Source of the DNA: the human T2T-CHM13v2.0 reference genome, Homo sapiens
Length of the DNA stretch: 64,000 nt
Strand: one strand, 5' to 3'
Assembly: GCF_009914755.1 (NCBI RefSeq)
Contig: NC_060937.1
How positions within the stretch are numbered: the stretch's first letter is position 1; every line of letters begins with the position of its first letter. Below, in pieces: positions 51,421 through 64,000 of the stretch. Under the pieces are notes generated by a model, which had not been told where the DNA came from, searched no databases, and saw only the letters and a program-made list of their open reading frames with translations. Both the position numbers and the translations under genes were made by a program.

Positions 51421-54400
51421 GAATGGAATGGAACTTAAGGGAAAGGACTCTAATTGAATGGAATCCAATGGAACAGAAAGGAATGGAATCGAAGGGAAAA
51501 GAATGCAATGGAATGCAATGGAAAAGACTGGAAAGGAATGGAATGGAAGTGACTCTAATGGAATTGAATGGAATGGGCTCGAATGGCATACAATGTAATG
51601 GACTCAAATGGAATGGTGTGGAATGGAATGGACTCGAATGGAATGGAGTTGAATGGACTCAAATGGAATGGAATTGAATGGACTCTATTGGAATGGAATA
51701 TAATGCAATGAAATGGACTCGAAAGGAATGGAATGGAATGTACTCGAATTTAATGGAATGGAATGGAATGGAATGGACTCGAATGAAATGGAAAGGAGTA
51801 GAATGGACTCAAAAGGTATGGAATAGAATGCACATGAATGGGATGGAATGGAATGGAAAGGGCTCGAATTGAATTGAATGGAATGAAATGGACTCAAAAG
51901 GAATACAACAGAGTTTCATGGAATGCATTGTAATGGAATGGAATGGAGTGCACTCGAATTCAATAAAATGGACTGGACTCGAATGGAGTGGATTGTAATG
52001 GAATGGACTTGAATGGAATTAAATGGAATTGATGCAAATGTAATTGAATGGATTGGACTCGAATGGAATGGAATGGAATGGAATGGAATGGAATGGATTC
52101 GAATGGAATGGAATGGAATGGACCTGAATGGAATGGGTTGGAAAGGAATGGTCTCCAATGGAAAGGACTCAAAAGAATAGCATGGAATGGATTGGACTCG
52201 AATGCAATGGAATGGAATGGACTCGAATGGAATGGAAGAGACTTGAACGGAATGGAATGGAATGGAATAGACTCTAAGGGAACAGAACGGAATGCACTCG
52301 AATGGAATGGAATAGCAATGACTCAAATGGAATAAAATGGAATGGACTCGAATGGAATGGAGAGGAATGCAATGGACTCGAATGGGAATGGATTGGAATG
52401 GACTCAAATGGAATGTAATAGAATTGAATGGACTCGAATGGAATGGAATGTAATAGAATTGAATGGACTCGAATGGAATGGAATGTAGACGAATAAGATG
52501 GACTCAAATGGAATGGAATGGAATGGAATGGAATGGAATGGCATGGAATGGACTCGAATGGAAGGTAATGGTCTAGAATGGAATGGAAAGAATGGAATTT
52601 ACTCGAATGGAATGGAATACAATGGAATGGAATGGAATGGAATGGAAGGGAATGGAATGCAATGGACTCGAATACAAGGGATTGGAATGGACTCGAATGA
52701 AACGGGTTGGTATGGAATGTACTCGAATGGAATGGAATGGAATAGACTCAAATGGAATAGAATGGAATGGAATGGACTGGAATGGAATGAAATAGAATGG
52801 ACTCGAATGAAATAGATTAGAATGGAATGGAATGGAATGGAATGGAATGGAATAGAATGGAATGGAATGGACTCAAATGGAATAGAACGTAATGGAATGG
52901 AATATACAAGAATGGCATGGACTTGAATGGAATACAATCGATTGGAATCGAATGGAATGGAAGGGAATGGAATGGTATCGAATGGATTGGACTCGAATGG
53001 AATGGAATGGAATGGACTCGAGTGGAATGGAATGGAATCGTATGGACTCAAATGGAATGGAAGGGAATGGAATGGAATGGAATGGAATGGACTCGAATGG
53101 GATGGAAAGGAATGAAAATGACTTGAGTGGAATGGAATGAAATGGAATGGACTCGAATAGAATGGAATGGAATGAACTTGAATGGAAAGGAATGTAATGG
53201 ACCTGAATGAAATGGAAGGGAACGGAATGGAAAGGATTCGAATGGAATAGAAGGGAGGGGAGTGGAATGGAGTGTAATGCATTGGACTGGAATGGAATGG
53301 AGGGGAATGGTCCCAATGGAATGGAATGGAATGGAATGGAATGGACTTGAATGGAATAGAATGGATTTGAATGGAATGGACTCAAAAGGAATAGCATGAA
53401 ACGGACTCAAATGGAATGGAATGGACACAAATGGAATGGAATGGAATGGACTCGAATGGAATACAATAGTATTTAATGTAATGGAATCTAATGGAATGCA
53501 ATGGAAAGGACTCGAATGGAATAGAGTGGAATGGACTGAAATGGAATGGAATGCAATGGAATGGACTAGAATGGAATGGAATGCAATGGAATGGACTCGA
53601 ATGGAATGGAATAGAATTGACTCGAATGGAATTGAATGGAATGGACAAGAATGGAAATTAATGGAATGGAATGGAATGGAATGGTCTCGAATGGAATGGA
53701 GTGGAGTGGCATGGACTCGAATGGAATGGAATGGAATGGAATGGATTCGAAAGGAATGAAATGGAATGGAGTCGAAAAAAATGGGTTGGAATGGAATGAA
53801 CTCGAATGGAATGGAATGGAATGTACTCAAATGGAAGAGTATGGAATGGAATGGACTGGAATGGAATGCAATGAAATGGACTCGAATGGAGTGGAATAGA
53901 CTCGAATGGAATGGAATGGGATGGACTCGAATGGAATAAAACGCAATGGAATGAAAAGTACTAGAGTGGAATGGAATGGACAAGTATGGAATGGAATGGA
54001 ATCAAATGGTACGTAGTGGAATTGAATGGACTGGAAGGGATTGGACTCGAATTCAATGGAATGGAATGAACTCGAATGGAATGGAATGTAATGAAATGCA
54101 CTCGAGTGGAATAGAATGGAATGGACTCGAATGGAATAGAATAGAATGGACTCAAATGGAATAGAATGGAATGGACTCCATTGGAATGGAAGGGAATGGA
54201 ATGTACTCGAATAGAATGGAATGGAATGGAATGGAATGTATTGGAATCGAATGGAATGGAATGGAAAGGAAAGGTATGGAATGGAATGGAATGGAATTTA
54301 AATGGAATGTACATGAATGGTAAGGAATTGCATTGAATGGACTCAAAAGTAATGGAATGGACTCTAATGGAATGGAGTGGAATGGAATGGACTCGAATGG

Positions 54401-57169
54401 AATGGACTCGAATTTAATGGAATGGATGCGAATGGAATGGAATGGACTCGACTGGAATGGAATGGCATCGAAGGGACTCAAAAGGAATGGAATGCAATGG
54501 AATGGAATGGAATGGAATGCACTTGAATGGAATGGAATGGAATTGAATGCACTTGAATGGAATGGAATGGAATGAAAATGACTTGAGTGGAATGGAATGT
54601 AAAGGAATGGACTTGAATGGAATGGAATGGAATGGAATGCACTTGAATGGAATGGAATTGATTGGAAAGAAAAGAAATGGACCTGAAAGAAATGGAAGGG
54701 AATGAAATGGAAAGGACTCAAATGGAATAGAATGGCATGGACTGGAATGTAATGGAATGGAATACACTCGAATGGAATTGTATGGAATGGCCCCAATGGA
54801 ATGGAATGGAAAGAAATGGAATGGACTGTAATGGACTAAAACGGAATGGAAAGGAATGTACTAGAATGTAATGTATTGGAAAGCAATCCAATGGAATAGA
54901 ATGGAATGGAATCAAATGGAATGGAGTGGAATGGAATGGACTCGAATGGAATGGACTCAAATGCTATGGAATGGACTCGAATGGCATGGAAAGGAATTTA
55001 GCCGAGCGGAAAGGATTGGAATGGAATGGAATGGAATGGAAAGGAATGGAATGGAATGGAATGGAATGAAACGGAATGGAATGGACTTGAATGGAAAAGA
55101 AAGGATTGGAATGGAATGGACTCGAAAGGAATGGTACTGAATGGAATCGAATGGACTCGAATAGAATGGACATGAATGGAATGGAATGGAATACAATGAA
55201 ATTTAATGGAATGGACACGAATGGAATGGATTGGAATGGAAATGAAAGTAATGGAATGGAATGGACTCAAAATGAATGGAATGGAATGCAATGAAATGCA
55301 CTCGAATGGAATAGAATGGAATGGAATCGAAAGTAATGGAATGGAATTAAATGGACTCGAAATGAATGGAATGGAATTAATTTAATGGACGGGAATGTAA
55401 TAGAATGGAATGGAATAGACTCGAATGGAATGGAAAGGAATGGACTCGAAAGGAATGCAGTTGAAAGGAATGGTATGAAATGGAATGGAATGGAATGGAA
55501 TGGAATGGAATGGAATGGAATGGAATGGAAAGCTATCAAATGGAATGGAATGGATTTGAATGGAATAGAATGGACTCGAATGGTATGGAATGGAGTGTAA
55601 TCGACTCGAGAGGAATGAAATGGAATGGAGTGCACTCGAATGAAATGGAATGAAATGGAATGGACATGAACCGAATGGAATGGGTGGGAATGGAATGAAC
55701 TCCAGTGAAATAGAATGGAATGGAAACGAGTGGAATGCAGTGTAGTGGAATGGACTCGAATGGGTTGGAATGGAATGGACTCGAAATGGTTGGAATGGAA
55801 TGGCCTCGAATGGAATGGAATGGATTGGATTGAAATGAAATACAATGGATTGGAATGGAATAGAATGGAATGAATGGAATGGACTCGAATGGAATGGAAT
55901 GAACTCAAATGAAATGGAACGGAATGAAAAGTAATCGAATGGAATAGAATAGAATGGAATAGAATGGGCTAGAGTGGAATGGAAAAGAATGGACTGGAAT
56001 GGAATACAATTGAATTGAATGGACTTGAAAGAATGGAATAGAATGGAATGGAACGGACTCGAAAGGAATGGAATGGAATGGAATGGACTCAAATGGAATG
56101 GAATGGACTTGAAAGAAATGAATGGAATGGAATCGACTCAAGTGGAATGGAAATGAATGGAATTGACTCCAATTGAGTGGAATGGAATGGAATGTCCTCG
56201 AATGGAATGGGATGGATTGTACCCGAATGGAATGGAATAGAATGGAATGGACTAGAAAGGAACACAATGGAATGGATTGGAATGGACTCGAATGGAATTC
56301 TATGGAATGGAAAGGACCCGAAAGCAATGGAATGGAAGGGAAGGGAATGGAAAGGAATGGGATGGACTCGAATGTAATGGGATGGACTCGAATATTATGG
56401 AATGGAATTAACACGAATGGAAAGGAATGGACTAGAATGGAATGTAATGGATTGGAATTGTAACGAATTGAGTGGAATGGAATGGAATGGAATGGAATGG
56501 ACTCGACTGGAATGGAATGGACTCAAATGGGACGGAATGGAATGGACCCGAATGAAATGGAATGGAATTGAATGGTATGGACTCAAATGCAATGGAATGG
56601 AATTGACTGGAATCGAGCAGAATGGAATTGAATGGAATGGACTCGAAGAGAATGGAATAAAATGGACCCAAATGGAATGGAATGGAATGGAATGGAATGG
56701 TATTGAATGGAATGAACTTCAATGGAACAGAATGGAATGGAATGGAATGGAATGGAATGGAATGGAATGGAATGGATTTGACCCGTATGGAATACAGTGG
56801 AATTTAATGGAATGAACACTAAAGGATTGGAATGGAATGGACTCGAATGTAAGAGAATGGAATGGACTCGAATGGAAAGGAATATAACGGAGTGGACTCG
56901 AATGGAATGGATTGGAATGAACTCGAAAGGAAGCAATGTTATTCAAAGGAAGCGACTCGAATGGATTGGAAAGGAATGGTCCTGAAAGGAAAGGAATGCA
57001 TTGGAATTGACTCAAATGGAATGGAATTGACTGGAATTGAATTGAATGGAAGGGGACGGACTCAAACGGAATAGAATGGAATTCAATGGAATGGAATGGA
57101 ATGGAATGGACTCGAATGGAATGGAATGGACTGAAATGGAATAGAATGGAATGGAATGGACTCGAATGG

Positions 57170-60100
57170 AATGGAATGGATTCGAATGCAGTGGAATGGA
57201 ATGGAATGGACTCGATAGGAATAGAATGGAATGAAATGGAATGGACTCGAATGGAAATGAATGGAATGGAATTGAATGGAATAGAATGGAATGGAATCGA
57301 ATGGAAGGGATTGGAACGAAATGGACTCGAATGGGTTGGAATGGAAAGGACTCGAATGGAATGGAATGCAATCGACTCAAACGGAACAGAATGGAATGGA
57401 ATGGACTCGAATCGAATGGAATGGGATGGACTCGACTGGTATGGACTGGAATGGAATGGACTCGAATGGAATGGAAAGTAAAGGAATGGAATGGACTCGA
57501 ATGGAATGGAATGGGATGGAATGGACCCAAATGGAATGGAGAAGATTTGAATTGAATGGAATGCAATGGAATGGAATGGACTCGAAAGGAATGCAATTGT
57601 ATTGAATGGAATTGAAAGGAATGGAATGGATTAGACTTGAATGGAACGTACTCGAATGGAATGGAATGGAATGGATTCTAATTGAAAGGAATGGACTCGA
57701 ATGGAATGGAATGGAATAGACTCAAATGGAATAGAATGTAATGGAATGGACTCGAATGGAATGGAATGGAATGGACTCGAATAGAATGGAATGGAATGGA
57801 ACCGAGTGGAATGGAATGGATTGGAATGGACACGAATGTCATGGAATGGACGCCAATGGAATAGAATTGAAGGAAATGGAATGGAATGGACTCAAATGGA
57901 ATGGAAAGGAACGGAATGGAATGGAATGGAATGGAATGGAATGGAATGGAATGGAAAGGAATGGAATCAACAGGAATGGAATGGAATGGAAAGGAAAGGA
58001 CTCGAATGGAATGGACTCAAATGGAATGGAATGGACACGAATGGAGTGGAATGGAATAGAATGGACTCAAATGGAATGGAATGGCCTCCAAAGGAAGGGA
58101 GTGGCATTTAATGAATGGATTCTAATGGAATGGCATGGAATGGACTGGAATGGAATAGAATGGAATGGATTCGAATGGAGTGGAATATAATGGTGTGGAC
58201 ACGAATTGAATGGAATGGAATGGACTAGAAAGGAATCGAATGGAATGGACTAGAATGGAATATAATGGAATTGAATGGAGATGAAAGGAATGGAATGGAA
58301 TGCAATGGAATGGACTTGAATCGAATGGAATGGAAAGTACTCAAATGGAATTAAACGGACCAGAATGGAATGGAATGGAATGGAATGGAACAGTATTGAA
58401 TGGAATGGAAGGGAATGCAATTTAATAGAATGGAATTGAATGGAATGGAAAGGATTGGAATGGAATGGACTTGAATGGAATATTACGGATTGGAATGGAA
58501 TGGACTCGAAGGCAATGGAAAGGAATGGACTTGAATTGTGTGGAATGTCCTCGAATGCAATTGAATGGAATTTAAGGGAATGGACTCTAATGAAGTGGAA
58601 TTTAATGGACCCAAATGGAATAGAATGGAATGGACTTGAATGGAATGGAAAGGAAGCGAAGGGACTTGAAATGAAAGGAATGGAATGGAATGGACTCGAA
58701 TGGAATGGAATGGAATGGACTCGAATGGAATGGAATGGAATGGAATGGAATGGATTCGAAAGGAATACAATGGACTCCAATGGAATGGAATGGAATGGAA
58801 ATGACTCGAGTGGACTGGAATGGAATGGATTGGACCCCAATGGAATGGAATGGAAAGTACACTAATGGAATGGAATGGAATGCAATGGAGTGGAATGGAA
58901 CCAACAGGAATGGAATGGAATGGAATGGAATGGAATGGAATGGACTCGAATGGAATGGACTCGAATGGAATGGAATTCAATGGACGCCAATTGAATGGTA
59001 TGGCCTCGAAAGCAATGGAATGGAATTTAATGCAATGGACTCTAATGGAATTTATTCTAATGAAAAGGAATTTAATGCACTTGAATGAAATAGAATGCAA
59101 TGGACTCGAATGGAATGGAAAGGAATCGAATGTACATGAAATAAATGGAATGGAATGTACTGGAATGGAATGCAATGGATACGAATGTAATTGAATGGAT
59201 TGGACTCGAATGGAATGGAATGGACTCAAGTGGTATGGAATGGAATGGAAACGAGTCGATTGGAATGGAATGGTCTCGAATTGAATGGAATGGAATGTAC
59301 TCGCATGGAATGAAATGGAATGGAATGGACACAAAAGGAATGAAATGGAATGGAATGGAATGGAATGGAATGGAATGGAATGGAATGGAATGGAATGGAG
59401 TCGAATGGAAAAGAATGGAAAGAACTGGAATGGAATGGATTGGAAATGATTGGAATGGAATGGAATGTCCACAAAAGGAATGGAATGGAATGGACACGAA
59501 TGGAATGGAGTGGAATTCAATGGATTGGAATGGAATTGAATGGTATGGAATGGAATGGACTTTAATGGAATAGAATGTTATGGAAAGGAATGGATTCAAA
59601 AGGAAGGGAATGGAATGGACTCGAATGCAATGGAAGGGACACGAATGGAATGGAAAATAATTGAATGGAATTCAGTGTAATTTAATGGAATGGACTCTAA
59701 TGGACTGGAATGGAATGGACTCGATTGTAATGGAATGGAATTGAATGGACTCGAAAAGAATGGAATGGAATGAAATGGAATGGAATCGAATGGAAAGGAA
59801 TATAATGAACTCGAAAGTAATGGAATGGAACTGAATGGACTCGAAAAGTATGGAATGGAATGCAATGGAATGGAACAGAATGGAATCGAATGGATTGGAA
59901 TGCAATGGCTTGGACTCCAATGGAATGGAATGGAATTGACTCAAATGGTATTGAAATGTATGGACACGAATGGAATGGAATGGAATGGAACAGACTCGAA
60001 TTGAATGGAATGGAGTGGAATGGAATCGAATGAAATGGAATGGAATGAACTCAAATGGAATGCAATGGAATGTACTCGAAAGGAAGGGAAAGAAATCGAA

Positions 60101-61560
60101 TGGAATAGAATGGTATGGAAATGACACTAGTGGAATGGAATGGAATGGAAAGGAATGGACTAGAATGGGAAGGAATGTAATGGACTCGAATGGAATATAA
60201 CGGAATTAAATTGACTCGAGTGGAATGGAATAGAATGGAATGGACTCTAATGGAATGGAAAGGAATTGACTCGAATGGAATAGAAAAGAATGGACCCAAA
60301 AGGAATGGAATGGAATGGACTCGAATGGAATGCATTGGAATGGAATGGAATTGAATGGACTAGAATACAACGGAATGTCATGGTATGGAATGGACTCGAA
60401 TGGAATGGAATGAAATGGAATGAAACGGAATGGAATGGAATGGAATGGAATGGAATGGAATGGAATGGAATGGAATGGAACAGACTCGAGTGGAATGGAA
60501 TGGACTCGAATGGAATGGAATGGAATTGACAGGACTCGAAAGGAATGGAATGGAATGGACTGGACTCGAGTGGAATGGAATGGAATGGACTCGAATTGAA
60601 TGGAATGGAATTGACAGGACTCGAAAGGAATGGAATGGAATGGAATGGAATGGACTCAAAAGGAATGGAATGGATTGGAATGGAATGGAATGGATTGTGC
60701 TCGAATGGAAAGAAATGGAATGGACTCGAATGGAGTGGAGTGGAATAGAATTGACTGAAATAGAAGGGAAACTACTCAAGTGGAATTCAATGGAATGGAA
60801 TGGACTAGAATGGAATGGAATGGACCGAAAAGGAATGCAATGAATGAAATGGAACGGACTCGAATGGAATGAAATGGAACGGAATGGACGGGAATCGAAT
60901 GGAATGTAAAGGAATGGACTCGAACGGAATCGAATGGCATGGACTCGAATGGAATAGAATAGAATGGAATCGAATGGAAGGGATTGGAATGAAATGGACT
61001 CGAATGGGTTGGAATGGAAAGGACTCGAATGGAATGGAATGCAATCGACTCAAATGGAATAGAATGGGATGGACTCGACTGGTATGGACTGGAATGGAAT
61101 GGACTCGAATGGAATGGAAAGTAACGGAATGGAATGGAAAGAAATGGACTCGAATGGAATGGAATGGGATGGAATGGACCCAAATGGAATGGAGAGGATT
61201 TGAATTGAATGGAATGCAATGGAATGGACTCGAATGGAATGCAATTGTATTGAATGGAATCGAAAGGAATGGAATGGATTGGACTTGAATGGAACGTACT
61301 CGAATGGAATGGAATGGAATGGACTCGAATTGAAAAGAATGGACTCGAATGGAATGGAATGGAATAGACGCAAATGGAATAGAATGTAATGGAATGGACT
61401 CGAATGGAATGGAATGGAATGGAATGGACTCGAATAGAATGGAATGGAGTGGAACCGAGTGGAATGGAATGGATTGGAATGGACACGAATGTCATGGAAT
61501 GGACGCCAATGGAATGGACGCCAATAGAATGGAATGGAATGGAATGGAATGGAATGGACT
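57170..61560 (+). repeat. Pair of similar ~0.6-0.7 kb blocks about 3.65 kb apart (57.2-57.9 kb and 60.9-61.55 kb)
   Basis: Shared in order: ATGGGTTGGAATGGAAAGGACTCG (57331/61004), GACTCGACTGGTATGG, GGAGA(A/G)GATTTGAATTG, GCAATTGTATTG, GGAACGTACTCG, GGAACCGAGTGG, CACGAATGTCATGGAATGGACGCCAAT (57831/61484). Confidence 0.85.
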
Positions 61561-61985
61561 CGAAAGGAATGGAACAGAATTGAATGGACTCGAAAAGAAT
61601 GGAATGGAATGCAATGGAATACACTCAAATGGAATGGATTGGAATACACTCGAATGGAATGGAATGTGAAGGAATGAACTCGAATGGAATGCAATGGAAT
61701 TGACTCTAATGGAATTGAAAGGAATGGACCAGAATAGAATGGAATGATATGGAATGGAATGGAATTGAATGGAGTGGAATATACTCGAATGGAATGGAAA
61801 GGAATGGAATGGATTCGAACGGAATGGAATGGAATGGACTCGAGTGGAATGGAATGGATTCGAATGGAATAGAATGGAATGGACTCGAAAGAAATGGTTT
61901 GGAATCAAATGGAATCGAATGAAATGGAATGGAATGGACTCAAATGGACTTGAATGGAATGGAATGGACCCAAATGGAATGGAAA

Positions 61986-62055
61986 GGAATGGAATGGAAT
62001 GGAATGGAATGGAATGGAATGGAATGGAATGGAATGGAATGGAATGGAATGGAAT
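61986..62055 (+). repeat. Perfect (GGAAT)14, the longest pure run I found
   Basis: Counted directly. Other pure runs of about 10-11 units lie at 31259-31308, 60427-60480 and 63823-63877. Confidence 0.85.
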
Positions 62056-62130
62056 GGATTGGACTGGAATGGAATGTAATGAAATGCAATGAAATGGACC
62101 TAAATGGAATAGAATGAAATGGAATTGCAT

Positions 62131-62415
62131 GGACTCGAAGGGAATGGAATGCAATGGATTTGAATGGAATGGAATGGACTCCAAAAGGAATAGGACGGAA
62201 TTTATTGGAATGGAATCTAAAGTAATGGAATCTAATGGAATGGACTAGAAAGGAATGTAATGGAATGGACTCGAAAGGAATGGAATGCAATGGATTTGAA
62301 TGGAATGGAATGGACTCCAAAAGGAACAGGATGGAATTTATTGGAATGGAATCTAAAGTAATGGAATCTAATGGAATGGACTCGAAAGGAATGTAATGGA
62401 ATGTACTCGAAAGAA
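62131..62415 (+). repeat. Tandem duplication, 136 bp
   Basis: CCAAAAGGAA(T/C)AGGA(C/T)GGAATTTATTGGAATGGAATCTAAAGTAATGG starts at 62181 and 62317. Confidence 0.9.
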
Positions 62416-64000
62416 TGGAATGCAATGGAATGGAATGGAGTCGAATGGAATGGAATGGACTCGAAAGGAATGGAATGGATTGGAATGGAGTGGAAAGGAC
62501 TCGAATGGAATGCAATGACCTGGACTGGAAAGGAATGGAATGGAATTGAATGGAATAAAAAAATGGAATGGAATGGAATGGAACGGACACAAATTGAATG
62601 GAATGGAATAGACTCTAATGGAATGGAATGCAATGGAATGGACTCAAATGGAATTGAGTGGAATGGACTCGAGTGGAATAGAATGTAATGGACTCAAATG
62701 GAATGGTGTGGAATGGAATGGCTTGAAAGAAATGGATTGGAATGGACTCGAATGGAATGGCATAGAATGGACCTGAATGGAATGGAATGGAATGGAATGG
62801 AATGGAATGGAATGGAATGGAATGGACTCGAATGGAATGGCATAGAATGGACCTGAATGGAATGGAATGGAATGGAATGGAATGGAATGGAATGGAATGG
62901 AATGGACTCGAATAGAATGGAAAGGAATTGAATGGAATGGACTCGAATGGAATACAACGGAATTAAATGGAATGGACTCTAACGGAATGAAATGGTGTGG
63001 ACTCGGATGGAATGAAGTGGACTGGACAAGAGTGGAATGCTATGCAATGTAATGGATTCAAATTTAAAGGATTTGAATGGACTAGAATGGAATGGAATGG
63101 AATGGAATGGAATGGAATGGATTCGAAGGCATTGGAATGAAAAGCAATGGAATGGACTCGAATGGAATGGAATGGAATGGACTCGAATGGAATTGAATGG
63201 ATTGGAAATTAGTGTAATGTAATGGAAAGGAATGGACTCGAATGGAATGGAATTGAATGGACTCGAATGTTATGGAATGGAATGGAATGGATTCGAATGG
63301 ATTTTAATGGAATGGACTCGAATTGAATCGTCTTGATTGGAATGGAATGGAATGGACTCAAAAGGAACAGCATGGAATGGAAAGGACTCAAATGCTTGGA
63401 ATGCAATGGAATAGCATGCAATGGAATGGATCCAAATGGAATAGAATAGAATGCATGGGAATGGAATGGAATGGAATGAAATGAAATAGAATGGAACGGA
63501 ATGGACTCGAATGGAATGGAATGGAATGCAATGGAAGGGACTTGAATGGAATGGACTACAATGGACTCGAATGGAATGGAATGCAATGGAATGGACTCGA
63601 ATGGAATGGAATGGAATGAGCTCAAGCGGAATGTAATGGTATGGAATGGAGATGAATGGAATGGAATGGAATGGAATGGAATGGAATTGCTTTGAATGGA
63701 AGGGACTCTAATGGAATGGAATGGAATGGAATCAAATGGAATCACACGGAATTGAATGGATTCAAATTCAATGGAATGGAATGGAATCGAAAGGAATAGA
63801 GTGCGCTCAAACAGAAAAGAATGGAATGGAATGGAATGGAATGGAATGGAATGGAATGGAATGGAATGGAATGGAATGGTATGGAATGGATTCGAATGGA
63901 ATGGAATGGAATGGACTTGAATGGAGAAGAATGGAATGGACTGCATTGAAATGGACTGGAATGTAACGGACTAGAATGGAATGGAGTGGAATGGACTTGA

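Larger units (their letters stand above)
48815..64000 (+). repeat. HSat3 satellite, domain B (right of L1), running off the window end
   Basis: Same GGAAT/GGACTCGAAT composition and orientation as 31259-48173; resumes immediately after the L1 5' truncation point. Confidence 0.95.

Noticed and set aside
224-63966. Plus-strand poly-(WNGME) ORFs
   Set aside because: Direct translation of (GGAAT)n. They are shorter than the minus-strand ORFs because TGG, GGA and GAA are each one change from a stop. The peptide matches the SCA31 (TGGAA)n repeat product, but nothing here indicates expression.
1-64000. Alpha satellite, telomeric repeat, canonical HSat2, or an internal strand inversion
   Set aside because: I saw no 171-bp monomer or CENP-B box, no TTAGGG array, no HSat2-type ATCATCGAATGG 23/26-bp units, and no CATTC tract on the + strand.

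Overview
This is primate (most likely human or another great ape) heterochromatic satellite DNA, not a gene-bearing region. About 99% of the window is diverged (GGAAT)n pentamer satellite of the Human Satellite 3 (HSat3 / Satellite III) class, with the purine-rich strand on + throughout and no inversion. There are two distinct satellite domains. Domain A (1 to ~31.2 kb) is GGAGT-rich and built from variable ~0.3-1.2 kb composite units, each closed by a GGCATCGAAT...GAATGCGGTGAAGTGG landmark, with traces of a ~4.8 kb higher-order period. Domain B (~31.3 kb to the end) lacks long GGAGT runs, is dominated by GGACTCGAAT, and shows a diverged ~3.4-3.65 kb higher-order repeat. The domains meet at a perfect (GGAAT)10 run. 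The only non-satellite sequence is a ~640 bp 5'-truncated LINE-1 on the minus strand (48174-48814), probably L1PA2, with a poly(A) tail, 3'UTR and an open ORF2p C-terminus. The hundreds of WNGME / FHSIP ORFs are artefacts of a stop-free pentamer. I find no support for a new gene system; the points of interest are array architecture, the domain junction and the L1 insertion. All spacings were read by eye and need computational confirmation.
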